A DNA stretch of 64,000 bases, taken from NCBI GenBank assembly GCA_025936735.1, contig JAICSU010000001.1, positions 4,352-68,351 of the forward strand. The letters are read 5' to 3'. The notes beneath the pieces are model-generated. The model had not been told where the DNA came from and did no database searches. It saw only the letters and a program-made list of their open reading frames with translations. This document shows positions 27,908-38,014 of the stretch, piece after piece. Position numbers and translations under genes: made by a program. Positions within the stretch are counted from its first letter, which is position 1; each line of letters opens with the position of its first letter. This stretch comes from Amnibacterium sp. GTDB lineage: Bacteria; Actinomycetota; Actinomycetes; Actinomycetales; Microbacteriaceae.

Positions 27908-29416
27908 ATGGAGCGCGACGAGCCGGAGCATCTCCACGTGCTCATCGTGGGCGCCGGGATCTCCGGCATCGGAGCGGCTCACGCGCTGTCGACGCGACTC
28001 CCCGCCAAGCGGTTCGTCGTGCTCGAGGCCCGCGACTCGATCGGCGGGACGTGGGACCTCTTCCGATACCCGGGCATCCGCTCCGACTCCGACCTGACCA
28101 CGTTCGGCTTCGAGTTCAAGCCGTGGACCGATCGGAAGGTCATCGCGGACGGCGAGCGGATCCTCGCCTACCTGCGCGACGTCGTGTCCGAGTACCGGCT
28201 CGAGCGCTTCTTCCGGTTCCGCGAGCGCGTCGTGGAAGCCGCCTGGGATGCCGGGGCGGCCAGGTGGACGGTGGTCTCCGAGGACACGGGAACGGGGAAG
28301 CGCACGACGCGCACCTGCGACTGGCTCTTCGCGGCGGGCGGCTACTACCGGTACGACCGCGGCTACACGCCGGAGATCGAGGGGCTCGACCGCTTCGCCG
28401 GCCCCGTGGTCCACCCCCAGCAGTGGCCGGAGCATCTCGACACCCGCGACAAGGAGGTCGTGGTGATCGGCAGCGGCGCGACGGCCGTGACGATCGTGCC
28501 CGCCCTCGCGCGGGAGGGCGCCAGGGTCACGATGCTGCAGCGCACCCCCACCTACGTCCTCTCGCTCCCCTCGGAGGACGGCTTCGCCGTCCGCCTCCGG
28601 CGCCTGGTCGGCGACCGGAGGGCGCACGCCCTGCTCAGGCGACGCAGCATCGCGATCCAGCGGACCCTCTGGGTGCTCGCGAAGCGCCGACCGAGACTGG
28701 TGCGGCGGTTCATCCGCTTCCTCGCCGTGCGGCAGCTGCCCGACGGCTACCCGGTGGACGTGCACTTCAACCCGCCGTACGGACCCTGGGACCAGCGACT
28801 CTGCTTCGTGCCGGACGGCGACCTGTTCCGCGCGATCAGCGACGGGAGCGCCGAGGTGGTCACCGCGCGGATCCGCCGGGTGACCCAGCACGGGATCGAG
28901 CTGGAGGACGGCCGCACGCTTCCGGCGGACGTGATCGTCACCGCCACCGGCCTCGAGGTGCAGCCCTTCGGCGGCTTCCCGATGATCGTCGACGGCTCCC
29001 CCGTGCAGCTGTCCGAGACCGTCGCCTACAAGGGCCTGATGCTCTCGGGCGTGCCGAACTTCGCGTTCTCCATCGGCTACACGAACGCCTCGTGGACGCT
29101 CAAGGTGGGCCTCGTCTGCGAGTACCTCGTGCGGCTGCTCGAGCACATGGGTCGGCACGGCTACGCCGTGGTCGAGCCGCGGCTGCCGGAAGGCGGGATG
29201 GCGACCCGTCCCCTGCTCGACTTCGGCGCCGGGTACGTCCGGCGTGCCCTCGACCGGTTGCCCAAGCAGGGCCCGCGGGTGCCGTGGGTGACCTCGACCG
29301 CCTACGGGGACGACGTGCGCCTGCTGCGCCGCGGGCCCGTCGCGGATCGGCACCTCGTGTTCACGGCACGAGCGCCGCGGGCACCGGTCGCCGCGGAGGC
29401 GGCGGCCGGCCGCTGA
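27908..29416 (+). CDS. Flavin-containing Baeyer-Villiger monooxygenase (EthA-like)
   Basis: GAGISG, GGTWDLFRYPGIRSDSD, FAGPVVHPQQWP, GSGATA, ATG motifs. Confidence 0.92.
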   Translation: MERDEPEHLHVLIVGAGISGIGAAHALSTRLPAKRFVVLEARDSIGGTWDLFRYPGIRSDSDLTTFGFEFKPWTDRKVIADGERILAYLRDVVSEYRLERFFRFRERVVEAAWDAGAARWTVVSEDTGTGKRTTRTCDWLFAAGGYYRYDRGYTPEIEGLDRFAGPVVHPQQWPEHLDTRDKEVVVIGSGATAVTIVPALAREGARVTMLQRTPTYVLSLPSEDGFAVRLRRLVGDRRAHALLRRRSIAIQRTLWVLAKRRPRLVRRFIRFLAVRQLPDGYPVDVHFNPPYGPWDQRLCFVPDGDLFRAISDGSAEVVTARIRRVTQHGIELEDGRTLPADVIVTATGLEVQPFGGFPMIVDGSPVQLSETVAYKGLMLSGVPNFAFSIGYTNASWTLKVGLVCEYLVRLLEHMGRHGYAVVEPRLPEGGMATRPLLDFGAGYVRRALDRLPKQGPRVPWVTSTAYGDDVRLLRRGPVADRHLVFTARAPRAPVAAEAAAGR

Positions 29417-29439
29417 GGAGGTGCCCGAGCCGCCGGCTT

Positions 29440-29463
29440 CTCGGCGGGTTGGAGCCCGCCGAG
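29440..29463 (+). terminator. Putative intrinsic terminator hairpin
   Basis: CTCGGCGGGTT-GG-AGCCCGCCGAG followed by TCTT, just after the BVMO stop. Confidence 0.45.
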
Positions 29464-29537
29464 TCTTGGTGGAGTGTCCGCTCCGAAGTCGCTGGGGTGC
29501 TGCTGGGTCCTGGGCGCTCCGTCGCTACCGTTCGGCC

Positions 29538-30167
29538 ATGACCGAGCCCACGGACCGCAGCGACGAGCCCGTCGGAACCGCCCGGCTCGACTCGCCGCGT
29601 GCCGACCCGACCCTCGACCGTGAGCGCGTGCTCCGGCGCGAGAGGGAGCAGTTCGCCGGGATGCACTTCTGGCTGGCCTTCTTCGGGTGGCTCACCGCGA
29701 CGGGGATGACGGTCGTCCTGCTCGCGCTCATCGCCGCCATCGGCGCCCTGTTCCACGCGCAGAACCTGCTCGGGTCGCAGAACGCCCAGGCGGCGGGCAT
29801 CGGCGGCGTGATCGCGCTGCTCGTCGTGCTGCTCATCGCCTACTTCTGCGGCGGCTACGTCGCCGGGCGGATGGCGCGGTTCAGCGGGCTGAAGCAGGGT
29901 CTGGCCGTCTGGCTGTGGGCCCTCATCGTCGCGATCCTGCTGGGGATCGCCGGAGCCGTCGCGGGGTCCCAGGCGGGTGTCGGGAACCAGCTCGGCAGCG
30001 TCGCGCACCTACCGCTCTCCCCGTCGACCCTCACGGCCGCGGGCATCGTGTCCGCGGTCGCGGTGCTCATCGTGACACTGGTCGGTGCCCTGCTCGGCGG
30101 TCTCGCCGGCATGCGCTACCACCGGCGCGTCGACCGGGCGGGCACCGAGGCGGCCATCGGGCGCTGA
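29538..30167 (+). CDS. Hypothetical 4-TM membrane protein
   Basis: AFFGWL, YFCGGYVAGRMARFSG, GMRYHRRVD; leaderless TACCGT. Confidence 0.75.
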   Translation: MTEPTDRSDEPVGTARLDSPRADPTLDRERVLRREREQFAGMHFWLAFFGWLTATGMTVVLLALIAAIGALFHAQNLLGSQNAQAAGIGGVIALLVVLLIAYFCGGYVAGRMARFSGLKQGLAVWLWALIVAILLGIAGAVAGSQAGVGNQLGSVAHLPLSPSTLTAAGIVSAVAVLIVTLVGALLGGLAGMRYHRRVDRAGTEAAIGR

Positions 30168-30170
30168 GGC

Positions 30171-32105
30171 TCAGCCGCCGGTCACGACCGCGGCGCCATG
30201 GGCGTCCAGTCGGTGGCCCGCCGCCTCGACCGGCCGATCGGTGTGGTTCAGCAGGAACAGGCGATCCCCGCGCCGAACGGCCTCCACCCCGTCGACGGGA
30301 TGCGGAAGCGCCGCCTCCACCCCCGTCCCCTCGAGCACGGCATCGACCACCGTGCGGAGGTCGTCCGGAGCGGTGGCCACGTACCAGGCGGTGCCGTCGC
30401 CGGCCCGGTTCCGGGTGATCGCGGGCAGCCCGTCGAGCATCCCACCCGAGAACGTGGCGAGCGCCTCGGCGGTGTCGGTCCGCACGATCTCGCCCCACTC
30501 GGAGGCTCTGCCTGCCGCGAGGCCCTCGATGGCGAGCGCGGGCACCGGTCCCCCGCTCATCGACGGCTCGGCGGGGGGCGTGAACTCCTCGATCCGGATG
30601 CCGAACGTCTCCCGCAGCGCGCCGAGGTAGCCGCCGAGCAGCACGTGCAACCGCTCGTCGAGCACCCCGGTCTGGTAGCTCGCGACGAGGTGGCCGCCGT
30701 TCCGGACGAAGCCGGCGAGGTTCTCCTGCGCGCCCGCGGACAGCACCTGCGTCGCCGGAGCGATCACGACGGCGTAGCCGGAGAGGTCGCCGTCCGGCCG
30801 GGAGAAGTCGACGAGCACGTGGCGACGCCACAGCTCGCGGTACCAGCGGAGCACGATCGCCAGGTAGGACAGTTGCGCCGGCGTCGCCGGCTGCTCGAGC
30901 GCCCACCAGCTGTCCCAGTCGAACAGGACGGCGACCTTCGCGGTGAGGCGGGTGCCGACCAGGTCGGCGAGGGTCGCCAGCTCCTCCCCGAGCGCCGCCG
31001 TCTCCCGGAAGATGCGGCTGTCCTCGCCGGCGTGCGGCAGCATCGCCGAGTGGAACTTCTCCGCCCCCGCGGCGGACTGGCGCCACTGGAACTGCATGAC
31101 GCCGTCCGCGCCCCTGGCGACCGCCTGCAGGCTCAGCACGCGGTGCATCCCGGGCGGCTTCGCGGCGTTGCGTGGCCGCCAGTTCACGGCGCTCGTGGAC
31201 TGCTCCATGAGGATCCACGGCCGGCCGCTCCCGAGGGACCGCATGAGGTCGCGGGTCATCGCCGCGAAGACCGCGGCGGCCGGGTCGGCGGGATCGACGT
31301 AGTGGTCGTCGGACACGAAGTCGAGCTCCGGCGCATGGGACCAGTAGTCGATGGGCTTGAAGAAGCCCATGAAGTTCGTGGTGACCGGCACGTCGGGGGT
31401 GAGCTCCCGGAGGATCCGCGCCTCCGCGCGGTAGACCTCGAGCCACGCGTCCGAGGAGAAGCGGTCGAAGTCGAGCAGCTGCGTCGGGTTCCGGAACGTC
31501 GGCGCCGCTCGCGGCGGCATCACCTCGTCGAACGACCCGTACGCCTGGGACCAGAACGCGGTGCCCCAGGCCTCGTTCAGCGCCTCGACGCCGCCGTAGC
31601 GCGCCTCGAGCCAGCGGCGGAACGCGGCGGCCGACTCGTCGGAGTAGTCGCGGTGGACGTGGCAGCCGAGCTCGTTGTTCACGTGCCAGGCCTCGAGCGC
31701 CGGATGCTCCCCGTACCGCTCGGCGATCGCGCGGACGAGCCGATCCGCGTACCGGCGGTAGGTCGCCGAGCTCGGGTTGTAGTGCTGGCGGCTGCCGACC
31801 GAGAGCCGCACGCCGTCCTCGGTGACGGGGAGGACGTCCGGATGCGCCAGCACGAGCCAGGGAGGCGGTGAGGCGGTCGCGGTGGCGAGGTCGACGCGGA
31901 TGCCGCCGGCGTGCAGCCGGTCGAGCACGTCGTCGAGCCAGTCGAACTCGAACCGCCCGTCGGCGGGCTCGAGCTTCGCCCAGGAGAAGACGCCGACCGT
32001 CGCGACCGTCACACCGGCGCGCTGCATGAGGCGGACGTCCTCGTCCCAGACCGGGCTCGGCCACTGCTCCGGGTTGTAGTCGCCGCCGTACCAGAGCCGG
32101 TCCAT
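30171..32105 (-). CDS. Beta-galactosidase, GH42
   Basis: YGGDYNPEQW, WHVNNE, WILMEQ, FQWRQS..GAEKFH; GAGGAGG RBS. Confidence 0.93.
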   Translation of the reverse strand: MDRLWYGGDYNPEQWPSPVWDEDVRLMQRAGVTVATVGVFSWAKLEPADGRFEFDWLDDVLDRLHAGGIRVDLATATASPPPWLVLAHPDVLPVTEDGVRLSVGSRQHYNPSSATYRRYADRLVRAIAERYGEHPALEAWHVNNELGCHVHRDYSDESAAAFRRWLEARYGGVEALNEAWGTAFWSQAYGSFDEVMPPRAAPTFRNPTQLLDFDRFSSDAWLEVYRAEARILRELTPDVPVTTNFMGFFKPIDYWSHAPELDFVSDDHYVDPADPAAAVFAAMTRDLMRSLGSGRPWILMEQSTSAVNWRPRNAAKPPGMHRVLSLQAVARGADGVMQFQWRQSAAGAEKFHSAMLPHAGEDSRIFRETAALGEELATLADLVGTRLTAKVAVLFDWDSWWALEQPATPAQLSYLAIVLRWYRELWRRHVLVDFSRPDGDLSGYAVVIAPATQVLSAGAQENLAGFVRNGGHLVASYQTGVLDERLHVLLGGYLGALRETFGIRIEEFTPPAEPSMSGGPVPALAIEGLAAGRASEWGEIVRTDTAEALATFSGGMLDGLPAITRNRAGDGTAWYVATAPDDLRTVVDAVLEGTGVEAALPHPVDGVEAVRRGDRLFLLNHTDRPVEAAGHRLDAHGAAVVTGG

Positions 32106-32216
32106 CACGTCCTCCTCGTCCGCGCCCCCCAGCGCCACCAGCATTCAAGGCCATCGAGCGCGTCGGATGCTGACGGCGCCCGACGGCTCCCCAGCGGGAG
32201 GCGGTTCGCTGGGCCG

Positions 32217-32876
32217 ATGACGACGGGCGGGGCGGCGCGGGCGACGGTCGTGAGCGGCGGGGGAAGGTTCGCCGACCCGTGGCATCCGTTCCCGGAGACT
32301 TCCGCGCGGCTCGGGGCGCTCGCGGGGGAGGCGGGGTTCACCGTGGAGGTGATCGACGACGTCGCCGCGGCGGTCGCGACTCCCGCGCAGCTGCTGATCC
32401 TCAACGTCGGGCGGCCGGAGCGCCCGGACGCCCGGGAGGACCAGCGGATCCGAGCCGCGCTGCTCGACGTCCTCGGGCGCGGCGGGGGAGTCCTCAGCAT
32501 GCATTCGACGGCGATGTCCTTCCCGGCGGTCCCCGAGTGGGAGGACATCACGGGCGGGGTGTGGGTCGACGGCGTGAGCATGCATCCGCCGTACGGGCCG
32601 GCGCAGGTGCGCATCCTCGACGACACCCATCCGCTCACCGCGGGGCTCGGCGGCTTCACCCTCGACGACGAGCGCTACACCCGCCTGCGGATCGATCCCG
32701 CGGTCCGCGTGCTCGCCGAGCACGATCACGACGGGCGTGCGTGGCGGCTGATCTGGACGCCGCCCCGTGGACGCGTCGTGGTGGACCTGCTCGGGCACGA
32801 TCCGGCGTCGTACGACTCCGAGCCGCATCGCACGATCCTCATCCGCGCGATGCGTCGGCTCGGCGGGCTCGGGTGA
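32217..32876 (+). CDS. ThuA-domain (class I GATase-like) protein
   Basis: DPWHPF, GGGVLSMH, HPLT..DERY, LLGHD. Confidence 0.8.
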   Translation: MTTGGAARATVVSGGGRFADPWHPFPETSARLGALAGEAGFTVEVIDDVAAAVATPAQLLILNVGRPERPDAREDQRIRAALLDVLGRGGGVLSMHSTAMSFPAVPEWEDITGGVWVDGVSMHPPYGPAQVRILDDTHPLTAGLGGFTLDDERYTRLRIDPAVRVLAEHDHDGRAWRLIWTPPRGRVVVDLLGHDPASYDSEPHRTILIRAMRRLGGLG

Positions 32877-32925
32877 CGCGGGGGTCGGCGGGCGGGCGGT
32901 CGGTGCCGGCCGCGAGGATGTGGTC

Positions 32926-33537
32926 ATGCAGGAACCCGAGCTCTTCGTCCTCGCCGACCGCCGCCTGAACGAGGTGGTGCAACAGGTCGGGGACGACCAG
33001 TGGTCGCTCGCCATCCCGGACTGGATCCGGCTCGCCTCGACGACCGACCGGTCGACGCTCACGCTGCGCACGTTGATCGACTACCACGCGTACGACGACG
33101 TCTGGGTGCCCGACATCGTCGCGGGGCGCACGATGGCCGAGGTGGGGACCGACCGCTGGAAGGCGGAGGACCTCCTCGGGGACGACCCCAAGGCGGCCTT
33201 CGCCCGGATCGTGGAGCGGTCCGTCGCGGCGGCCGAGGCGCTCACGGACGCCGACCTCGATCGCACTGCGCACCTCTCGTTCGGCGACTTCACCGTGCGG
33301 GAGTACTTCTGGCAGATCACGCAGTTCCGCACGTTCCGCGCGTACGAGCTCGCGGTGCTGATCGGCGAGGATCCGACCCTCCCCGTCGAGCTCGTACGCG
33401 GCGTGCGGGCCCAGCTCGAGCCGCACATCGACGCGTGGCGCGCCATCGGCGTCTTCGCCCCCGAGGTGCCCGTGCCGGCGGACGCGTCCGAGCAGGACCG
33501 GCTGCTCGGGCTGTCGGGCAGGCAGCCCCGCGCCTGA
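32926..33537 (+). CDS. DinB/MDMPI-like (TIGR03086-type) protein
   Basis: TLRTLIDYH, HLSFGD, DRLLGLSGRQP C-terminus. Confidence 0.7.
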   Translation: MQEPELFVLADRRLNEVVQQVGDDQWSLAIPDWIRLASTTDRSTLTLRTLIDYHAYDDVWVPDIVAGRTMAEVGTDRWKAEDLLGDDPKAAFARIVERSVAAAEALTDADLDRTAHLSFGDFTVREYFWQITQFRTFRAYELAVLIGEDPTLPVELVRGVRAQLEPHIDAWRAIGVFAPEVPVPADASEQDRLLGLSGRQPRA

Positions 33538-33566
33538 CGTCCCCGCCCCCGTCCCGCCGCGGTGCG

Positions 33567-33656
33567 CCTGCACGAACGACGGAGAATCCGGCCCTCGCCG
33601 GTGCCGGCATGCGGTATCCGGGCGGTTCTGCGCGGGAACTCCGTCGTTCGTGCAGG
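33567..33656. repeat. 90-bp element with perfect 18-bp terminal inverted repeats (REP/REPIN-like)
   Basis: CCTGCACGAACGACGGAG ... CTCCGTCGTTCGTGCAGG between convergent genes. Confidence 0.75.
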
Positions 33657-33663
33657 GACGGGG

Positions 33664-34533
33664 TCAGGAGCGGTAGCGGTAGAAGCCCTCTCCGGACTCG
33701 CGGCCGAGCTTCCCCTTGTCGAGGTACTCGGTCCGCAGGTACTCGGCGAAGGCGCCGGCGCGCCGGTCACCCTTCGCCGCGCTCGCGCTCGCGATCGCGT
33801 ACGGGGTGCGCAGCCCGATGACGTCGTAGATCTGGAACGGTCCGCTCGGCGCCCCGGTGGCGATCCGCCAGGTGGTGTCGATCGTCTCGACGTCCGCGAC
33901 GCCCCGCACGAGCAGGTCCGCCGCCGCGTTGAGGAACGGCACGAGCAGCGAGTTGAGCACGTAGCCCGGTTGCTCCTTGTGCAAGCGGACGGGGACCATC
34001 CCGATCTCCTCGGCGAAGGCGACCACCCGATCGACGACGGCGGGGTCGGTGCGGGGCGTGCCCATCACCTCGGCCGTGTTCTGCGCCCAGATGTGGTTGG
34101 CGAAATGCAGGGCGAGGAACCGATCCGGGCGCCCGGTCGCGTCGGCCAGGTCGCTCGGGAGCAGCGTCGACGAGTTCGTCGCGAACACCGTGCGCTCCGG
34201 TGCGGCGTCCGCGACGGCCGAGTAGACCGATCGCTTCAGCTCGAGGTCCTCCGGCACGGCCTCGATCACCAGGTCCGCGTCGCCGACCGCGTCGGCGAGG
34301 TCGGTGGAGAGGGTGATGCCGTCGGCCGCGCGTCGAGCGGCGCCGCCCTCGTCCCCGAGCTCGCGCGAGTACTGCGCGACGATCGCGTCGAACCGGCCCC
34401 GCGCGCGAGCGATCGCCTCGTCGTCCACGTCGTAGACGGTGACCCGGAACCCGTGGTTGGCGGCTTGGAAGGCGATCTGGGCACCGAGCACGCCCGCGCC
34501 CAGCACGGTGACGGTACGGAAGGACGAGGGCAT
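33664..34533 (-). CDS. 3-hydroxyacyl-CoA dehydrogenase
   Basis: VLGAGVLG, VIEAVPEDLELK, ATNSS, LHFAN, GKLG..SGEGFY. Confidence 0.92.
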   Translation of the reverse strand: MPSSFRTVTVLGAGVLGAQIAFQAANHGFRVTVYDVDDEAIARARGRFDAIVAQYSRELGDEGGAARRAADGITLSTDLADAVGDADLVIEAVPEDLELKRSVYSAVADAAPERTVFATNSSTLLPSDLADATGRPDRFLALHFANHIWAQNTAEVMGTPRTDPAVVDRVVAFAEEIGMVPVRLHKEQPGYVLNSLLVPFLNAAADLLVRGVADVETIDTTWRIATGAPSGPFQIYDVIGLRTPYAIASASAAKGDRRAGAFAEYLRTEYLDKGKLGRESGEGFYRYRS

Positions 34534-34658
34534 GCTGTCTCCTGACGGTGGACGGGGCTCCCGTTCTACCGTCTCCCGCTGCGACGCGAGCCCGGGCTCC
34601 CGCCGGATGCGCGGTGGCCGCGGAGCGGGCGCTCGGGATCGTTGCATAGCGTCAAGGG

Positions 34659-35021
34659 GTGATGTTCCAGGACTGGGTGGATCTCGCCGGACGGGTGATC
34701 GACGGCGCGGGAGTGGTCGCCGTCGTGGTGGGTGTCGCGGTGGCGAGCATCTTCGCCGTGGTGCGGCTCGTGCGCCGGGAGACGCCCGTGTACCGCCCCT
34801 ACCGGCGCTTCCTCGGCCGTTCCATCCTGCTCGGGCTCGAGCTGCTCGTGGCCGCGGACATCATCCGCACCGTCGCCGTCACCCCGACCCTCGAGAGCGT
34901 CGCCGTGCTCGCCGCGATCGTGCTCATCCGCACGTTCCTCAGCTTCTCGCTGGAGCTCGAGATCACCGGCCGGTGGCCCTGGCAGAAGGCGCCGGCCGAG
35001 GGGGAGTTGTCGGAGGGCTGA
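34659..35021 (+). CDS. DUF1622 membrane protein
   Basis: LGRSILLGLELLVAADIIRTV, IRTFLS..LELEI.GRWPW. Confidence 0.9.
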   Translation: MMFQDWVDLAGRVIDGAGVVAVVVGVAVASIFAVVRLVRRETPVYRPYRRFLGRSILLGLELLVAADIIRTVAVTPTLESVAVLAAIVLIRTFLSFSLELEITGRWPWQKAPAEGELSEG

Positions 35022-35022
35022 C

Positions 35023-35655
35023 TCAGGCCGTCTGCCGTCGGGCGCCCTCGCCCGCGGGGGGCATGGTACGGGTCACGACCGCGCAGATCGCGAGGACGCC
35101 CTCCCAGAGCCGGTCCGCGAGCGGGCGCAGACCCGACTGGTCCTCCTCGAGGTTCTCGATGAGCGAGGCCATCACGAGGGTGACGGCACGCCGGGCGTCC
35201 TCCGGAGGCAGGCGCAGCTCCGCGACGTCCATGAACTCGCGGCGGATGCCACCCATCCAGTGGAACAGCTCGGGCTTCAGCTCGGGGCGGCGGTGCAGCA
35301 GGTCGTGCACGGAGTCGCGGTCGGCGAGGCCGCCCGAGCCGTCCAGGCCGTCGGCGACGAGGCGGCAGAGATCCCGGACGACGGACTCGCTCGGCTCGTC
35401 GAGGAAGCGGGCCCGCTGCTCGTCGCCGATGGAGAACTCGGGCACGCCGAGCGCCGCGGCGGACTTCGACGGGAAGTAGTTGAAGAACGTGCGGGGTGAG
35501 ACACCCGCGGCCGAGCAGATCGCCTCGACGGTCACGGCGCCGAGGCCGTGCTCGAGCACGAGGCGCCGGGCCTCGGCGTGGAGGCTGTCGCGGGTGATGC
35601 GCTTCTTCTGCTCACGCCACGGCAGCTCCTCGACGAGGTTCGCGCGATCAGGCAC
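35023..35655 (-). CDS. TetR-family transcriptional regulator
   Basis: REQKKRITR..VTVEAICSAAGVSPRTFFNYFPSK; GTG 35655 after GAAAGG. Confidence 0.88.
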   Translation of the reverse strand: MPDRANLVEELPWREQKKRITRDSLHAEARRLVLEHGLGAVTVEAICSAAGVSPRTFFNYFPSKSAAALGVPEFSIGDEQRARFLDEPSESVVRDLCRLVADGLDGSGGLADRDSVHDLLHRRPELKPELFHWMGGIRREFMDVAELRLPPEDARRAVTLVMASLIENLEEDQSGLRPLADRLWEGVLAICAVVTRTMPPAGEGARRQTA

Positions 35656-35694
35656 ATCGGGCCTTTCGAAGGATGGAGCGGGAGGTCGGATGGT

Positions 35695-35728
35695 GGCCGT
35701 GGGTCCGGTGCGACCCGGACCCACGGCC
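35695..35728 (-). terminator. Perfect 14-bp hairpin after the MFS stop
   Basis: GGCCGTGGGTCCGG-TGCGAC-CCGGACCCACGGCC. Confidence 0.6.
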
Positions 35729-35734
35729 TGCGGG

Positions 35735-37849
35735 TCAGGAGCGGGAGCCGACCGGCGCGCCCGTGGGCGCATCGAGCGCCCCCGCTTCGGCAGCGGCGCT
35801 GCCGGCGGAGACCGTCAGCGCGTCCTGGGCCGCGGCATGGTCCGCCTGCTCCTGCAGGGCCGACCGCTGACGCAGCGGCGGCACCTTGAAGAACAGGCTG
35901 ATCACGAACGCGATCAGGATCACGATGAGGCCGACCCAGTAGATCTGCACCGCGGACACGTTGAACCCCGCGAGGAACGGCCGCGAGAGGCGCGGGTCCG
36001 CGTTGTTGAGGAACGAGGTGTCGCTCGTGGTGCTGGTGGACGCCTTCGACGTGGTCGAGTCGGCCTTGTTCATCTGCTTCTCGATCGTGGGGACGATCTT
36101 GTCGACGTAGTAGCGCCGCTCGGACGCGTTCGACCAGTCGACCTTCAGCCTGCCGTTCGTCACCGTCGCGTGCGCCTTGGCCGCCGCGGCGGCGAGCGCC
36201 TTGCTCGTCGCGCCCGGGAGGGCGGCCGAGACCTGCGACTGGATCAGCGCGGGGGCGGCGGAGGCGGGCAGGGTGCCGGCCTGGACCTGGGCCTGGACCG
36301 CGGCCGTGACCTGCTGCGTCACGGCCTTCTTCACGCCGGCCTCCACCTGGGCGGTCGCGGCGTCCAGGCCGGACTGCACCTTGCTCTTCACCGGGTTCGC
36401 GATCTTGTTCCAGAGCTGGTCCATGATCGGCTTGTTCGCCGGGTCGGCCGCGACGGACGGCGTGAGCGCCGCATCGAGGGCCGGGGTGAGGTTCGCCCTC
36501 TCCCCGGTCGCCGTGAGGATGTTGCCCGGCATCGTCGAGAACAGCACCGAGAGCAGGATCGCGGTGCCGAGCGTGCCGCCGATCTGGCGGAAGAACGTCG
36601 ACGCGCTGGTCGCGACTCCCATGTCCCGCAGGCCCACCGAGTTCTGGGTGGCGAGGGTGAGGGTCTGCATCAGCTGACCGAGCCCGAGGCCGATCAGGAA
36701 CATCCCGATCATCATGTACCAGAGGGGCTTGTCGATCGTCATCGTCGTCAGCCAGAGGAAGCCGAGACCCGTGAAGCCGGTTCCCGTGACCGGGAAGATC
36801 CGGTAGTGGCCGGTCCGGCCGATGATCTGGCCGGAGGCGATCGAGGCGATCATCAGGCCGAGGATCATGGGCAGGGTCGCGAAGCCGGACTGGGTCGGGG
36901 TGAGGCCCTCGACGATCTGCATGTAGAGCGGGATGGTGAGCATCGCGCCGAACATCCCGAAGCCCACCAGCACGCCGAGCACCGTGGCCGTCGAGAACAC
37001 GCGGGAGCGGAAGAGCTTCAGCGGGATGATCGCGTCGTCCTTCATCACCGTCTCGATGAGGACGAACGCGACGAGGCCGACGACGCCGGTCGCGTAGCAG
37101 GCGAGGGAGCCGACGGAGGCCCACCCCCAGTCGCGGCCCTGCTCGGCCACCAGGAGCAGCGGGACGAGCGTGACGATGACGGCGGCGGCGCCGAACCAGT
37201 CGATCCGGACCCTGCGGGTGCCGAACTTCGGCAGGTGCAGGAAGGCGAGCACCATGCCGAGCGCGATGATCCCGACCGGCACGTTGACGAGGAACACCCA
37301 GCGCCAGCCGGAGATGAACAGGATCTGCGGCGTGCCGGCGAACAGGCCGCCGACCAGCGGGCCGAGCACGGAGGACACCCCGAAGACCGCGAGGAAGTAC
37401 CCCTGGTACTTCGCCCGCTCGCGCGGCGCGAGCACGTCGCCCATGATCGCGAGCGGCAGGGACATGAGGCCGCCGGCGCCGATGCCCTGGAACGCGCGGA
37501 AGCCGGCGAGCATGAACATCGACGTCGAGAACGACGACATCAGGCTGCCGATGATGAAGACCGTGATCGCGAAGATGTAGAGCGGGCGGCGGCCGAAGAC
37601 GTCGGAGAGCTTCCCGTAGATCGGGGTCGCGATCGTCGAGGTGATGAGGTAGGCCGTGGTGACCCAGGCCTGCTCGTTCAGCCCGTGCAGGTCGTCGCCG
37701 ATCGTGCGGATCGCGGTACCCACGACCGTCTGGTCGAGCGATGAGAGGAACATGCCGGCCATCAGGCCGTAGATGACGAGCAGGATCTGGCGGTGCGACA
37801 TCACCGCGCCGTTCGCGCGCTCGGGCGCGGCGGTGGAGACAGCTGACAA
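35735..37849 (-). CDS. DHA2/MDR-family MFS transporter with a large loop insertion
   Basis: SSLDQTVV, YGKLSDVFGRR, FQGIGAGG, WRWVFLVNVP; about 14 TMs. Confidence 0.92.
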   Translation of the reverse strand: MSAVSTAAPERANGAVMSHRQILLVIYGLMAGMFLSSLDQTVVGTAIRTIGDDLHGLNEQAWVTTAYLITSTIATPIYGKLSDVFGRRPLYIFAITVFIIGSLMSSFSTSMFMLAGFRAFQGIGAGGLMSLPLAIMGDVLAPRERAKYQGYFLAVFGVSSVLGPLVGGLFAGTPQILFISGWRWVFLVNVPVGIIALGMVLAFLHLPKFGTRRVRIDWFGAAAVIVTLVPLLLVAEQGRDWGWASVGSLACYATGVVGLVAFVLIETVMKDDAIIPLKLFRSRVFSTATVLGVLVGFGMFGAMLTIPLYMQIVEGLTPTQSGFATLPMILGLMIASIASGQIIGRTGHYRIFPVTGTGFTGLGFLWLTTMTIDKPLWYMMIGMFLIGLGLGQLMQTLTLATQNSVGLRDMGVATSASTFFRQIGGTLGTAILLSVLFSTMPGNILTATGERANLTPALDAALTPSVAADPANKPIMDQLWNKIANPVKSKVQSGLDAATAQVEAGVKKAVTQQVTAAVQAQVQAGTLPASAAPALIQSQVSAALPGATSKALAAAAAKAHATVTNGRLKVDWSNASERRYYVDKIVPTIEKQMNKADSTTSKASTSTTSDTSFLNNADPRLSRPFLAGFNVSAVQIYWVGLIVILIAFVISLFFKVPPLRQRSALQEQADHAAAQDALTVSAGSAAAEAGALDAPTGAPVGSRS

Positions 37850-37914
37850 GGAAGGTCCTAACGAGAGCGGAAGAGCGAGGTGCGTTTCGCGGCGGCCGCG
37901 ACGGGCCGAGCATG

Positions 37915-37948
37915 AGTTGCAGTGCGTGCAACTTTACATGGTCTGCAA
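37915..37948. promoter_or_regulatory. Tandem TTRCA-N5-TGCAA palindromes (putative TetR operator)
   Basis: AGTTGCA-GTGCG-TGCAACT and TTACA-TGGTC-TGCAA, 17 bp apart, next to minus-strand -10 TACATT. Confidence 0.6.
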
Positions 37949-38014
37949 TGTATTCCCGAATCGAACCGGAGATCCGCGACGAGCGTCGACCCGGAGGCTG
38001 GAAGGATCGGGGCG

